Notes: a model not told the origin generated them from the letters alone. A DNA stretch of 64,000 bases from Terriglobia bacterium (GCA_965206645.1 CBDBKE010000004.1:64001-128000), one strand, 5' to 3'. Positions 52,582-62,982 are shown, counted from the first letter of the stretch. A program made the numbers and translations.

Positions 52582-53329
52582 TTACTTCACGATGGGGATG
52601 GAGGGGCGGGGAATCAGCAGGCCGAGCAGGCGGCGCCAGAAGCTTTTTTTGCGCGGTGAGAGCATGTCCCGGACGTGGCCGGCGGCCTCGGCGGTGGCGG
52701 CCGTGGTCTTCTCCAAATTTGCGGTGGAACGCTCCAGGTTCTCGGTTGAGCGCACCAGGGCCGGGCTGCCCGCCAGCCGCTCCAGGTTCTCCACCGCGCC
52801 GCGGCTGGCGCCCAGCAGCAGGTTGGCTTGGTGGCCCAGCGTGTCGGTCTGGCCGGCGAGGGTGAGGGCGGCCACGCTGAAATTGTCCAGAGCGCGGCTG
52901 GCAGCCTGGCTGACTTGCTCGGAGCGATTGTCCATATTGGTCGTCAGGTGGGCCAGGCGGGCTTCGGTGCGGCCGTTGCGGGTCCGGTAGAGAACCTCGT
53001 GTCCCCGTGCTGAGCGGCTGTTTGCGGGCCGGCGAGGGGCGGCGTTGAGGTGTAGGCTGAGTAGCAGTGCGGCCTGGTTTTCCTGCGCCAGCGTCACACG
53101 CTGCCGGAGGCTGCGGGAGGTGGAGCTGTCGGGGCGCGTTAGCAGGGTGGGGAAGCCGCGGGCGCTCCAGCGCGATCGTGTAGCGAAGCGCAAAGTCGGC
53201 TTCGGTCGCCACGATTTGGTCCGGGCCATGGCCGTTGCGGCTGTAGCGCACCGCGCCTGGGTCGAACAGGCCCGGCCTTCGGTTGCTCTGCCCGTGTCCC
53301 GCGTCCACGATGATCAGCTTGGTCTGCAC
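52582..53329 (-). pseudogene. Frameshifted N-acetylmuramoyl-L-alanine amidase (Amidase_3) fragment joined to a coiled-coil C-terminus
   Basis: IIVDAGHG...DPGAV...TEADF in one frame, then LLTR...SLRQRV..A....A.LLLSLHLNA...ARGHEVLY in another. Confidence 0.65.
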
Positions 53330-53581
53330 TCTAGTTGTCCGCCATCTCTAGGGTCAGGTGCGGACCGGCCGGGGTAGCGCCGGCCCGCACGCTAGGGCCA
53401 AGAAGAGATGGTAAGTGCAGTCTCAGGTGCGTTGCCATCGGCCGTCAAAAAGGGGCAAGATGGGCAATCGCGGCGAGATCGGCGAGACCGGCAATGTCGG
53501 CAAGACCGGCAAGCGGGCCCGCGTTGCCGCCCGGGAGAAATTGAGCGGCTCTCTATAGAGGGACGCTAGAATTGGTCCTGC

Positions 53582-55024
53582 ATGAGCAAGCTGAACAAGC
53601 TGAAAGATGCAGTCCTTCTGGATGCGACGGCGCAGGCGGAGCTGGTGCGGCGCCGCGAGGTCCAGCCGATCGAGCTGGTGGAAGCGGCCATCGAGAGGAT
53701 CGCGCGGCTGAACCCAACACTAAACGCAGTGGTGACGCCGATGTACGAACAGGCGCGCGCCTCCGCCCGCGCCGGGCCACCTGCGGGTCCATTCACCGGC
53801 GTGCCCTTCCTGCTGAAAGACCTGCTGGCTTCCTATGCCGGCGTGCGGATGACCTCGGGCGCGAGCGCCCTGCGAGACTTCGTTCCGGATCACGACAGCG
53901 AACTGGTGTCCCGATTGAAGCGGGCTGGCTTGGTGATCCTGGGCAAGACGAACACGTGCGAGTTTGGCCTACTGCCTACCACCGAGCCTCGCTTGTTTGG
54001 CCCAACCCGCAACCCTTGGGACACGTCGCGGACTCCGGGCGGCTCCAGCGGCGGTTCGGCGGCAGCGGTGGCAGCGGCGATGGTGTCCATGGCGCACGCC
54101 AACGATGGCGGCGGCTCCATCCGCATTCCCGCCGCCTGTTGCGGCGCCTTCGGCATGAAGCCGACCCGTGGGCGCGTTCCGCTCGGTCCGGATATTGGCG
54201 ACGTCCTGGGCGGTCTGGTCGTCGAGCATGCCATCACGCGTTCGGTTCGCGACAGCGCCGCGCTGTTGGATGCCATCTCTGGGCCCGCTGCGGGCGACCC
54301 CTACTGGGCGCCCGCAGCAGCCCGTCCCTTCCTCCAAGAGGTGCGGGCCGATCCAGGGCGGCTTCGCATTGCGTTTTCCAAGGTTGCGGTGATCGGGGGC
54401 CCGCTCCGCGAGGATGCCGTCAGCGCGTTGCAGGACGCGGCAGAATTGTGTGCCGCCCTCGGCCACGAGCTGGTCGAGGTAGCGCCGTCACTGGATGGGG
54501 AATTACTGACGAGGGCATTCCTGACCCTGTGGGCCGCCGGGTGTGCAAACACTGTTGAAGGGACGGCGCGGGTCACTGGCCGGTCACCCAGTCCGGACCA
54601 ATATGAAACGCTGACCTGGGCGCTGTATGAAATGGGACGCCGCCACAGCGCGGTTGACTACCTGTCGGCTTGGCAGGTGCTACGGCGCTTCGCCCGCGAG
54701 ATCACCGGCTTCCTGGCACCTTATGACGTTTGGCTCACCGCGGCCCTCAGCGAGGCGCCCGTGCCGCTGGGCAGCTTCGATTCCACGCCGGAGGAGCCCT
54801 TGAAGGGATTGTGGCGCGCCGTCGAGTTCGTGCCCTTCACTGCGCTCGCCAACATTACCGGACAGCCGGCCATGTCGGTTCCGCTGTTCTGGAATCGGGA
54901 GGGGCTGCCGCTGGGAGTGCAGTTCGTCGGTCGCTATGGGGACGAAGCCACGCTGTTCCGCTTGGCAGCGCAGTTGGAGCAGGCACGCCCCTGGGCGGCG
55001 CGCCTGCCCCCGGTTGCGGCCTGA
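53582..55024 (+). CDS. Amidase signature family enzyme
   Basis: [37 protein letters not shown]. Confidence 0.94.
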   Translation: MSKLNKLKDAVLLDATAQAELVRRREVQPIELVEAAIERIARLNPTLNAVVTPMYEQARASARAGPPAGPFTGVPFLLKDLLASYAGVRMTSGASALRDFVPDHDSELVSRLKRAGLVILGKTNTCEFGLLPTTEPRLFGPTRNPWDTSRTPGGSSGGSAAAVAAAMVSMAHANDGGGSIRIPAACCGAFGMKPTRGRVPLGPDIGDVLGGLVVEHAITRSVRDSAALLDAISGPAAGDPYWAPAAARPFLQEVRADPGRLRIAFSKVAVIGGPLREDAVSALQDAAELCAALGHELVEVAPSLDGELLTRAFLTLWAAGCANTVEGTARVTGRSPSPDQYETLTWALYEMGRRHSAVDYLSAWQVLRRFAREITGFLAPYDVWLTAALSEAPVPLGSFDSTPEEPLKGLWRAVEFVPFTALANITGQPAMSVPLFWNREGLPLGVQFVGRYGDEATLFRLAAQLEQARPWAARLPPVAA

Positions 55025-55040
55025 CTTGGCGACGGGCCGG

Positions 55041-55943
55041 CTATTGGCCCGCAGTCTCCAGTTGGCCGGCAGCTTCCTTCATCGTGGTCTGGTAGCGATC
55101 GAAGTTGTCGGGTCGGCCATCCGTTTCCAGTTTCTGCTTAGCGATCTGCTTCTCCACTCGCTTGATCCGGTCTTTGAGCTTTGGATGGGTCCGGTTCAGC
55201 CACGATGTCTTTGGTTTTGATCGAGCGGTAACTTCCTGCAAGGTCTCCAGAAAGCTTTTCAGCCCGTCGGGCCGGTAGCCGGCGGCGTAGGCGTAGTTGA
55301 CTCCGCGGCGGTCGGCGTCGTGTTCATCCTTGGGGCTGAGCCCGCGGTCAATCAGGCGGGTCAGGATTTGCTTGGCCAGATCCTCCAGGAACTGGCTGCC
55401 TTCGGTGAATTCCGCCGCTACGTCGGAGCCCACCTTGATTGCCTTACCTCGCTGGATTTCTCGCACGATATGTTTGCCGGCCACGTGTCCCACTTCATGC
55501 CCCAGGACGCCGGCCAGCTCCGCTTCTGTCTTGAGGTTTTCCAGCAAACCGCGGGTCACGAAGATGAAGCCGCCCGGGGTAGCGAAGGCGTTCACCGCGT
55601 CGGTGTCGAGCACCTCGAAGTGGTAAGAGACGTCCTGACGCTCGCTCTGCAGGGCGACCGCCTGGCCCACCTTGCGGACGTAGGCGGCGGCCTGTTTGTT
55701 TTCGAACACCTTGAAGTAAGCGATCATTTTGGCTGCGACCTCACGGCCCATCACCACTTCCTGTTCGGTGGTGATCTCCATCTCGGACAGGGTCTTGGCC
55801 TGCTGTGCCACTTTCCCGGCTCTACCGGGGATGGGGATTTTCCCGAACTGGGCCCAGGCGGGCACTGCGGACGCGCCCAACAAGCATCCAAGCAGCGCGA
55901 TCACAGCCGTCCTTGTTTGCCGCGTCGTTGTTTGCCGCTTCAT
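55041..55943 (-). CDS. Secreted M48-family zinc metalloprotease
   Basis: Signal peptide, NAFATPGG, AELAGVLGHEVGH, EHDAD, THP. Confidence 0.92.
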   Translation of the reverse strand: MKRQTTTRQTRTAVIALLGCLLGASAVPAWAQFGKIPIPGRAGKVAQQAKTLSEMEITTEQEVVMGREVAAKMIAYFKVFENKQAAAYVRKVGQAVALQSERQDVSYHFEVLDTDAVNAFATPGGFIFVTRGLLENLKTEAELAGVLGHEVGHVAGKHIVREIQRGKAIKVGSDVAAEFTEGSQFLEDLAKQILTRLIDRGLSPKDEHDADRRGVNYAYAAGYRPDGLKSFLETLQEVTARSKPKTSWLNRTHPKLKDRIKRVEKQIAKQKLETDGRPDNFDRYQTTMKEAAGQLETAGQ

Positions 55944-56303
55944 GAGCTCCCTCCTTTGCTCGGTGGAGAAAGATTGCCTTCCTTGAGGAAGGCCTCCATT
56001 TCTTCCTCGCTGGGCTTGGCCGCTTCCATAGCTGCGACCCGAGAACGGGCGTCAGAGCTCACCGGCGACTTGCCGATTGCCCACGCCCTTGGCGCCGGCC
56101 GACACAGTGGCCTCCCTTTGCTCGCCTCTTCCGGTAGCTTTTGTGAATCCAGCGAACAGCCCGCCGCCTTTTTTCTCTTCCTTCTGTCCCTGTTCTTTTT
56201 TCCCCTTCTGCTGCTGGGCTAGAACGGCAGCCGTAGCGACAGCGAGACTCAGGATACAAGCCAGGACCAAGCCTGTCCTAGAGGGAAGTTTGCGCACTTG
56301 CAT
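55940..56303 (-). pseudogene. Small secreted protein between the cyclase and M48 genes, apparently frameshifted
   Basis: Signal peptide...SAGAKGV then a stop at 56052; a protein-like continuation (RVAAMEAAKPSEEEMEAFLKEGNL) lies in another frame. Confidence 0.55.
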
Positions 56304-58299
56304 ATGCCTCCTTCTCCTTCTGTGCCGTTCCCGCCATCCCAAGCAGCTCGTAGACGTGGATGGGCACGTCCTTGCCTTTCACATGGATGGTTCCCAGATC
56401 GCGCACCTCGACCACGTCCGCGATGCGCTGGTAGGTGGCGTCGCTGATCACGATGGAAGCCTTCAGCTCCTTGGTTACGCTCTCCAGCCGTGCCGCCAGA
56501 TTAACACTATCCCCGATAACGGTGAAGTCCATGAGCCGCTCGGAGCCGATATTCCCAAAGATCATCTCGCCGCTGTTGATGCCGACGCCGATCTTCAATT
56601 CCGGACGGCCCTGCTGTTTCCAGCGCTGGTTGAGTTGTTCCAGTGCGGCCTGCATCTGCAACGCCGTGCGCGCCGCAAGCTCGGCGTGGTTCTCCAGCCG
56701 CAGTGGCGCGCCCCAGAAGGCCATCACGCAGTCACCGACAAACTTGTCCAGCGTGCCCTGGTTGCGGAAAATGACCTCGACCATGGCGTTGAGAAACTCG
56801 TTCAGCGTGGCCACCAGCTGGTCCACCGGGATCTTTTCCGACATGGTGGTAAAGCCACGGACGTCAGAGAATAGCACGGTCAGGTCACGCTTTTCGTTGT
56901 GCAGCTCGGCCAAGCGGCGATCCGCCGTCATGGCCTCGACAATCTGCGGAGACACATATTTCATCAGGGTCGAGCGGTAGCGCTTCTTCTCACGGCCCTC
57001 GGTGACGTAGCGGGTCAGGTTGCCGGTGCCGTAGGTGATGGCCGCTGCGGCCAGCGGAGCAACCAGCACCAGCGCCATTCGCGTCGCGTGGAACAGCAGA
57101 AAGTTGAGAGCCAGGAAGCCAAGGGCCAGCCCCACCGCTGCCGCCGTGTAGGCACGCCAGTCGGTGAAGCGCCACACGGCAAGTGAAGTCCCCAGCGACA
57201 ACAGCACGATGGCCAGCATAGCCCAGGCGTCTCCCGCCGGACGGACGAAATGCCCCTGGAGCAGATTACTGATTAGTGTGGCGTGGTATTCCACTCCAGG
57301 CAGATTCGGCGAGAAGGGTGACGGGCGGAAATCGGCTAGGCTGATCGCCGTCGGCCCGATCAGTACAATCCGGTCGTTGAATTCCGACAGCGCCACCGCC
57401 GGCGTCTCCCCCTGATCGAGCGCCAGGGCAGAATTGAAAATCTGGTACACCGGGTAATGCCGAAAGGTGTTTTCGGGGCCATACCAGTACACTAGCGCCT
57501 TACCGTTCGGCTGTTCGACGGGAATTTCGAGCGTGCCGAGTCGGAGCTTCCCGGAGCGGAGCGGGCCGCCGCAGAGGAATTCTGCCCGCCGGTCGTGCAA
57601 TGGGTTCGGCGAGGAATCCAGAAATGGGGCCGCCACAGCCAGCGCGAGTGCAGGGTAATGAGCGTCCCCATAGCGGAACAATAGTGATGCCCGGCGCAAG
57701 ACGCCGTCGGCGTCTGGCCTCACGGTGATGCACCCCAGACCGCGCGCCTTCTGGTTCAACTTAGTGAGAGAAATCTCCAGTCCTGTGTACTCCATTGCCG
57801 GTCCGCAAGCCGCGTTTGCCACACTCCATTCGTTCGGCTGTAGATCGGGGTGTTTCGCTGCTTCGGTATTTTGAAGACGCGTAAAGGAGAAGGCCAATAT
57901 GGTATCGTCCCGCTCACCGAGAAATTGGGCGAATAGCTCGTCGTCACCCTCGTGAGTGTCAGCCCCGGCAAAGGTCACGTCAATGGCGATGGCCCGGGCT
58001 TGGGCCTGTCGCAAGTACCACAGTAGTTGCGGGTATAGCTTGCGGCGCCAGGGCCAGCGGCCGAAGTTTTTGAGCATCTCTGGCGACTCGAAGCTCACAT
58101 TGTCCAACGCGATGATGACCACATCCTTGCTTGCTAATTCGGGCCGGGCCAGCTGGCGGAAGCGCCAGTCGTAGGCTGTGCGCTCGAGCGGCATCAGCGC
58201 ACCCGATAGGTGAAGGACGCAAAACAGCACGGCGACAGCGCCGCCCAGCAGTGCGGCGAACGCGGTTGGATGCAGCTCCTGGAATTTCAGCCTGGCCAT
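56278..58299 (-). CDS. CHASE2-domain class III adenylate/guanylate cyclase
   Basis: GRWPWRR, DADGVLRR, PGVEYHA, 3 TM helices, LFSDVRGFT, DKFVGD, IGDSVNLAARLE, VKGK. Confidence 0.95.
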   Translation of the reverse strand: MARLKFQELHPTAFAALLGGAVAVLFCVLHLSGALMPLERTAYDWRFRQLARPELASKDVVIIALDNVSFESPEMLKNFGRWPWRRKLYPQLLWYLRQAQARAIAIDVTFAGADTHEGDDELFAQFLGERDDTILAFSFTRLQNTEAAKHPDLQPNEWSVANAACGPAMEYTGLEISLTKLNQKARGLGCITVRPDADGVLRRASLLFRYGDAHYPALALAVAAPFLDSSPNPLHDRRAEFLCGGPLRSGKLRLGTLEIPVEQPNGKALVYWYGPENTFRHYPVYQIFNSALALDQGETPAVALSEFNDRIVLIGPTAISLADFRPSPFSPNLPGVEYHATLISNLLQGHFVRPAGDAWAMLAIVLLSLGTSLAVWRFTDWRAYTAAAVGLALGFLALNFLLFHATRMALVLVAPLAAAAITYGTGNLTRYVTEGREKKRYRSTLMKYVSPQIVEAMTADRRLAELHNEKRDLTVLFSDVRGFTTMSEKIPVDQLVATLNEFLNAMVEVIFRNQGTLDKFVGDCVMAFWGAPLRLENHAELAARTALQMQAALEQLNQRWKQQGRPELKIGVGINSGEMIFGNIGSERLMDFTVIGDSVNLAARLESVTKELKASIVISDATYQRIADVVEVRDLGTIHVKGKDVPIHVYELLGMAGTAQKEKEAYASAQTSL

Positions 58300-58458
58300 G
58301 AAGGCCCCTGCAGTGCTGTCGGAAGGAACAACGCCCTGATTGTGTGTGAGACGCCAGCGTTCGTCAAGCGGGGAGATGGAAACGCGGCGCCTGCGCAAGA
58401 AAAGAATGCATCTCTTTTGGGATTGCGCTAATCTCAGCAGAGGAAGGGAGCCTGGGCT

Positions 58459-59493
58459 ATGGGTCTGAGCTTACACGCGCAGGGCGACGCGCTGGCTTCT
58501 GCGGAGGAGCAACTGCGCGTTCTTAACGCCCCGAATGGGCTGCAGCCCTTCGAGGCGTCCCTGGCAAGCTCCGGCCTGGCCCCTCTGACCGCGACCGGAA
58601 TCACCGTCTTCCAGATCAACGTGGGCAAGCTCTGCAACCAGACCTGCAAGCACTGCCACGTGGACGCGGGTCCGGACCGGCGCGAGGTGATGACGCGCCA
58701 GACCATGGAGTGGTGCCTGGCGGCGCTGGCCCGCACCGACATTCCCACCGTGGACATCACCGGCGGCGCCCCGGAATTGAATCCTGACTTCCGCTGGTTG
58801 GTCGAGCAGGCCCGGGCGATGAGGCGCCACATCATAGACCGTTGCAACCTGACCGTGCTGCTGCTGCCCTCGCAGGAGGGTCTGGCCGAGTTCCTCGCTA
58901 ACAACGAGGTGGAGGTGATCGCCAGCCTGCCCTATTTCCTGGCCGAGCGGACCGACGCACAGCGCGGTGTGGGCGTGTTCGACAAGTCGGTGGAGGCGAT
59001 GCGCAAGCTGAACGCGCTGGGCTACGGGCGCGACCCGCGGCTGCAGTTGAACCTGGTTTACAACCCGGTGGGCGCCTACCTGCCGCCGGCTCAGCAGGCG
59101 GTGGAGGGAGACTACAAACGGGAGCTGGAGCGGCGCCACGGCGTCGTCTTCAACAACCTGTACACGATTACCAACATGCCCATCAGCCGCTTCCTGGAGT
59201 TTTTGCTGCGCACCGGCAACTACACCGGCTATATGCAGCGGCTGATCAACGCCTACAACACGGGCGCTGCCGCCGGAGTGATGTGCCGCTACACGCTTTC
59301 GGTGGGCTGGGATGGCGCCCTCTACGACTGCGACTTCAACCAGATGCTGGAGCTGCCCCTGCAGCAAGCCTACCCTCGCCACATCCGCGACTTCGATCCG
59401 GTGAAGCTGGCCGACCGCCGCATCCTCACCGGGATGCATTGCTACGGCTGCACCGCCGGCAGCGGCTCCTCCTGTGCCGGCTCCATTACCTGA
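58459..59493 (+). CDS. arsS: ArsS-like radical SAM protein (DUF3641-type C-terminus)
   Basis: CNQTCKHCHVDAGP, DITGGAPE, YDCDFNQ, HCYGCTAGSGSSC. Confidence 0.85.
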   Translation: MGLSLHAQGDALASAEEQLRVLNAPNGLQPFEASLASSGLAPLTATGITVFQINVGKLCNQTCKHCHVDAGPDRREVMTRQTMEWCLAALARTDIPTVDITGGAPELNPDFRWLVEQARAMRRHIIDRCNLTVLLLPSQEGLAEFLANNEVEVIASLPYFLAERTDAQRGVGVFDKSVEAMRKLNALGYGRDPRLQLNLVYNPVGAYLPPAQQAVEGDYKRELERRHGVVFNNLYTITNMPISRFLEFLLRTGNYTGYMQRLINAYNTGAAAGVMCRYTLSVGWDGALYDCDFNQMLELPLQQAYPRHIRDFDPVKLADRRILTGMHCYGCTAGSGSSCAGSIT

Positions 59494-59531
59494 ATACTAC
59501 CTCTCAGTAAAACAGATACTTACGGCAACTA

Positions 59532-59820
59532 CCTGATGCCTTGGTTGAGATGCTCGGCGCGAGCGCTCGCTTGGCGCGCACTCTCCTCGCGGCCCTGCGC
59601 CCGGTATAGCTCGGCCAGCTTCAACCACGGTACTGAACAAGTCGGCTCGCGGAGCGGCGCGCAAGGCAATCGCCGACGCGGCCACGATAGCCAGAGCCGG
59701 GGCCAGCGCCGGGTAGCGGCCGGTGGCCAGCTGCCAGCCAATGTCAAGATCGCCGACAGTGCGCAGGCCCGCCAGCGCCGCATACAGCAACGCCAGCACA
59801 GAAAGCGCCAGGACCACATA
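59532..59820 (-). pseudogene. Collapsed remnant of a large membrane/TPR protein gene
   Basis: Juxtaposed segments DLDIGWQLATGR, RAAPRADLFS and a TPR-like end WLKLAELYRAQGR in shifted frames. Confidence 0.5.
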
Positions 59821-59999
59821 CCGGCGCTACGTTGAGCTAGCCGGTTCTACTTTGAGCGAAAAAGATACCGGAAGGTGTCCCGCTTTTTCACCGCTGCACG
59901 GCCTACCAGGCTTCTACAACTTGTTGGGCCGAGCCCGTCAGGAAGCATGCACACGCCTGCATAGGTTTGCGCGACCCGAAGCTTAGGGGAGGCGATCTG

Positions 60000-60878
60000 C
60001 TACTGCGGTCCCTTCAACTCAAACTTCAGGTTGCGCCCTTGGTTCAGCTCCTTGGTGAAGGCCAGATCGAGTTGATCCACGGGGACGCATTTGCCGACCC
60101 CGTAGCTGTTGAGGAAGCAGAGCTGGTCGCCCGTTTTCCAGTATTCGGCGACCGAGTAGACAGAGCGGTCCTTGAAGACCAGCAAGGTTTGAGGCTGGAG
60201 GGGTTCCGGCGGGACAGGGGGCGGGCGGGTTTGGTACCTGCGACCGACCTCTCGCTCGCGCCGGTCGGGCCGCTCGCGCCGGTCGGGCGTTGGTCGGCTC
60301 GGGCCACGTTGCTCGTACGGCGCCTGCGGCGCTGGCATGTGGACCGACGGTCTCTGTGGCCCTTCCTGGATAATGATGACCGTCGGCGGCGGAGCGCCCG
60401 AAGTATAGCCCGTTACGACCGGCACGCCGACGGCGGCCACGCCGCCATAGCCGAGCCCGTAACTGTAGCCGTAGGGGGAATAGGACCCGTAGGGATAAGC
60501 ATACCCGTACGGGTAGCCGTAAATCCGGGGCCCTCGAAAGGAGCGGGGGTGAGAGGAACGAATTCTGATCGGAGAGCGGAAGTGGCGCGTGCGGAAACCG
60601 AAGCCGAACCCGCCACGGCGGATGTGACCAAAGCCCCGAAAGTGAGTGGACCCCCTCCCAACACGCCCGAAGCGAAAACCTCCGCCAATATGGCCCTGCC
60701 TGACGGCGTGGCCGCCACGGCCGTGGCCACGAAACCCGCGGCGGCCGTGAGGCGCGGCCATCAGCGCGGACGGCACGATCAGCAACACGAGCAAGCTCAG
60801 CACCAGCAGCAGGCTCAGTGGCGGCAGCTCAATCTTGGCCCGGCAAAACATCCAGCGTCCCCTGTGGCTCGAAAACAA
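60000..60878 (-). CDS. Secreted low-complexity protein (G/R/F/H-rich, YG-rich, P-rich) with small C-terminal domain
   Basis: Signal-like hydrophobic stretch; C-terminal LLVFKD...V.EYW..GD.L...LDL..T..LN..R. Confidence 0.7.
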   Translation of the reverse strand: MFSSHRGRWMFCRAKIELPPLSLLLVLSLLVLLIVPSALMAAPHGRRGFRGHGRGGHAVRQGHIGGGFRFGRVGRGSTHFRGFGHIRRGGFGFGFRTRHFRSPIRIRSSHPRSFRGPRIYGYPYGYAYPYGSYSPYGYSYGLGYGGVAAVGVPVVTGYTSGAPPPTVIIIQEGPQRPSVHMPAPQAPYEQRGPSRPTPDRRERPDRREREVGRRYQTRPPPVPPEPLQPQTLLVFKDRSVYSVAEYWKTGDQLCFLNSYGVGKCVPVDQLDLAFTKELNQGRNLKFELKGPQ

Positions 60879-61185
60879 CTACGCTCTAATTCAGCATAAG
60901 GCCCCCAGGCGGGAGAGTCAACGGCTGGCAAGCCAGGGGGGGTGGAGGAGGCGGGAGTCGAACTATTCCCCCTCTCTGACGGCACGTAACTTGTTGATTC
61001 TGTGAAACGGACGAAACGTAAGGCGAGGGACAAGACGGGCACAAAATCGCTGATCTGCCCCGTTCCAGCGCACCTCAGGATGCCCACACCTCTGTGATAG
61101 CCGGGCTGCAGTTACCTTCCCTAGACAGACAGTCGGCACTGTAGGCAATCGTCTGCGCGGCTACGGGTATCGCGATGAGCGGTTT

Positions 61186-62622
61186 TCAGGATTGGTACTT
61201 GATGTAGACGGTTTTCCTTTGCAAGTAGTGCTCCAAGCCATATTTACCGTCGTCGCCGCCGATCCCGCTCTGCTTCCACCCACTATGGAAGCCGTGAATC
61301 GACTCTCCGGGACCGCGGTTGATGTAAAGCTCACCACATTCCAGATCCCGCACCACGCGCATAATCCGGTTCATGTCGTTTGAAAAGAAGTAGGCTGCCA
61401 GCCCATAGCGCGAGTCATTCGCCAACTTCAATCCTTCGTCGAAGTCCGAGAACTCCATGACCGGAATCACGGGGCCGAAGACCTCCTCCTGCATGATTTT
61501 CATATCTTGACGGATGTTGGTTACGACCGTGGGCTCGTACCAGTGCCCTCGCGAAAAGGCGCCGTCGCTGAGTCGCTTTCCTCCAGTCAAAATTCGCGCG
61601 CCATTGTTTCGCGCCTCCTCCACGTAGCGCTCGACCTTCTTGAGCTCCTTGCGATTGAACTTGGGTCCGACCTTAACGTCCTTTTGGAGCGGATCGCCCA
61701 CGCTTAATTGTTTCACCTCGGCAAGGAACTTACTAAGAAACTGGTCGGCAATTTTCTTGTGCACATAGGTGCGCTCATTACAGATACAAACCTGGCCACA
61801 GTTAAAAAAGCGCGAGAAGACGGCGGTCTTGACCGCGGCATCGACGTCGGCATCCTCCATGACGATGAACGGAGCCTTGCCTCCCATTTCAAGCGAAACC
61901 ATCTTGACCGTATCGGCCGCGGTGCGCATGATCTGCTTACCCGTCGGGACGCTGCCGGTAAAAGTGACGAGTCGAGCAATGGGACTCTTCACTAGGGCTT
62001 CACCCACCGTTTCGCCAGGCCCTGTGACAACGCTAAAAACACCAACCGGGACGCCCGCCTCCTCAGCAAGTTTTGCCATTTCCAGAGCCGATAGTGGAGT
62101 CTCTTCGTGGGGCTTGAGCACAATACTGTTGCCCGCGATGAGGGCTGGAGCCACTTTCCGGGCTGTCAGCGCCGACGGGTAATTCCATGGAATGATGCCC
62201 ACCACCACACCCACGGGCTGGGACAGGACCCAAATTTGCTCGTCCGGGTTGTCTGACGGCAATATATCGCCTTCAATCCGGCGATCGAATTCCGCATAGT
62301 AGGAAATCCAACTCGCGCCGAAATCGACTTCTCCCAAGGCTTCGGATAAAGGCTTGCCCTGCTCCTGGGATACGATGCGCGCCAAGCGCTCTCTGTTCTT
62401 TAACACCAGCTCACACCATCGCTTGAGGGCCGCTCCTCTTTCGACACCCGTCCGCCTGGCCCAGCTGCGCTGCGAATGCGCGGCTCCTTCTAAAGCGTTC
62501 TGGACGTCCCTCTCTGAGGCGACCGGAACCGTCCCCACCACCTCCTCGTTGGCGGGATTGTAAACGGGCATGCTTTCGCCGCCTGAAACCCATGTCCCAT
62601 TGACCAACATTTGGTATTCCAT
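61186..62622 (-). CDS. aldA: Aldehyde dehydrogenase (AldA-like)
   Basis: IIPWNYP, FTGS, LEMGGKAP, NCGQVC, EEVFGP, GIGGDDGKYGL. Confidence 0.88.
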   Translation of the reverse strand: MEYQMLVNGTWVSGGESMPVYNPANEEVVGTVPVASERDVQNALEGAAHSQRSWARRTGVERGAALKRWCELVLKNRERLARIVSQEQGKPLSEALGEVDFGASWISYYAEFDRRIEGDILPSDNPDEQIWVLSQPVGVVVGIIPWNYPSALTARKVAPALIAGNSIVLKPHEETPLSALEMAKLAEEAGVPVGVFSVVTGPGETVGEALVKSPIARLVTFTGSVPTGKQIMRTAADTVKMVSLEMGGKAPFIVMEDADVDAAVKTAVFSRFFNCGQVCICNERTYVHKKIADQFLSKFLAEVKQLSVGDPLQKDVKVGPKFNRKELKKVERYVEEARNNGARILTGGKRLSDGAFSRGHWYEPTVVTNIRQDMKIMQEEVFGPVIPVMEFSDFDEGLKLANDSRYGLAAYFFSNDMNRIMRVVRDLECGELYINRGPGESIHGFHSGWKQSGIGGDDGKYGLEHYLQRKTVYIKYQS

Positions 62623-62876
62623 AATCCTCCTCCCCTCGGTGGCTTTACCAAGACTCCCGGAGCCCCTAATGCCCCGGAGTTTCCAATGTGAGCTTCCCTT
62701 CGCGCAAAAGCATACGCCAGCTGCGGTGTCGACTCAATCGCAGATCTTCATGGTCTCTCCTTGCTAGCATTGAGGGCCAGCAAAGCTAGCATTGCGGATC
62801 GGCGGTCGGTTGCAGGAGAGAAAGCGAGAGTCCCGGAGCGGGCCCCCTAGCAGGGTGCTGAAAAACTGATTTTGTG

Positions 62877-62982
62877 GACCGCTTGCTGACGCGCGCGGCT
62901 CTGTATTTTTAACGCGCTTCCGAGCCACGAGCGTGAGCGAGTGGTCATGGACTTTTGTGGCGAGTTTCTGGGACGCGACACT
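62877..62982 (-). repeat. 106-bp REPIN/MITE-like element, copy 2
   Basis: Reverse complement of 52424-52529 with 5 mismatches by hand alignment. Confidence 0.85.

Noticed and set aside
53464-53515. Degenerate 9-bp tandem (CGGCGAGAT/CGGCAAGAC) upstream of the amidase
   Set aside because: Low-complexity GC-rich run, too irregular for an array
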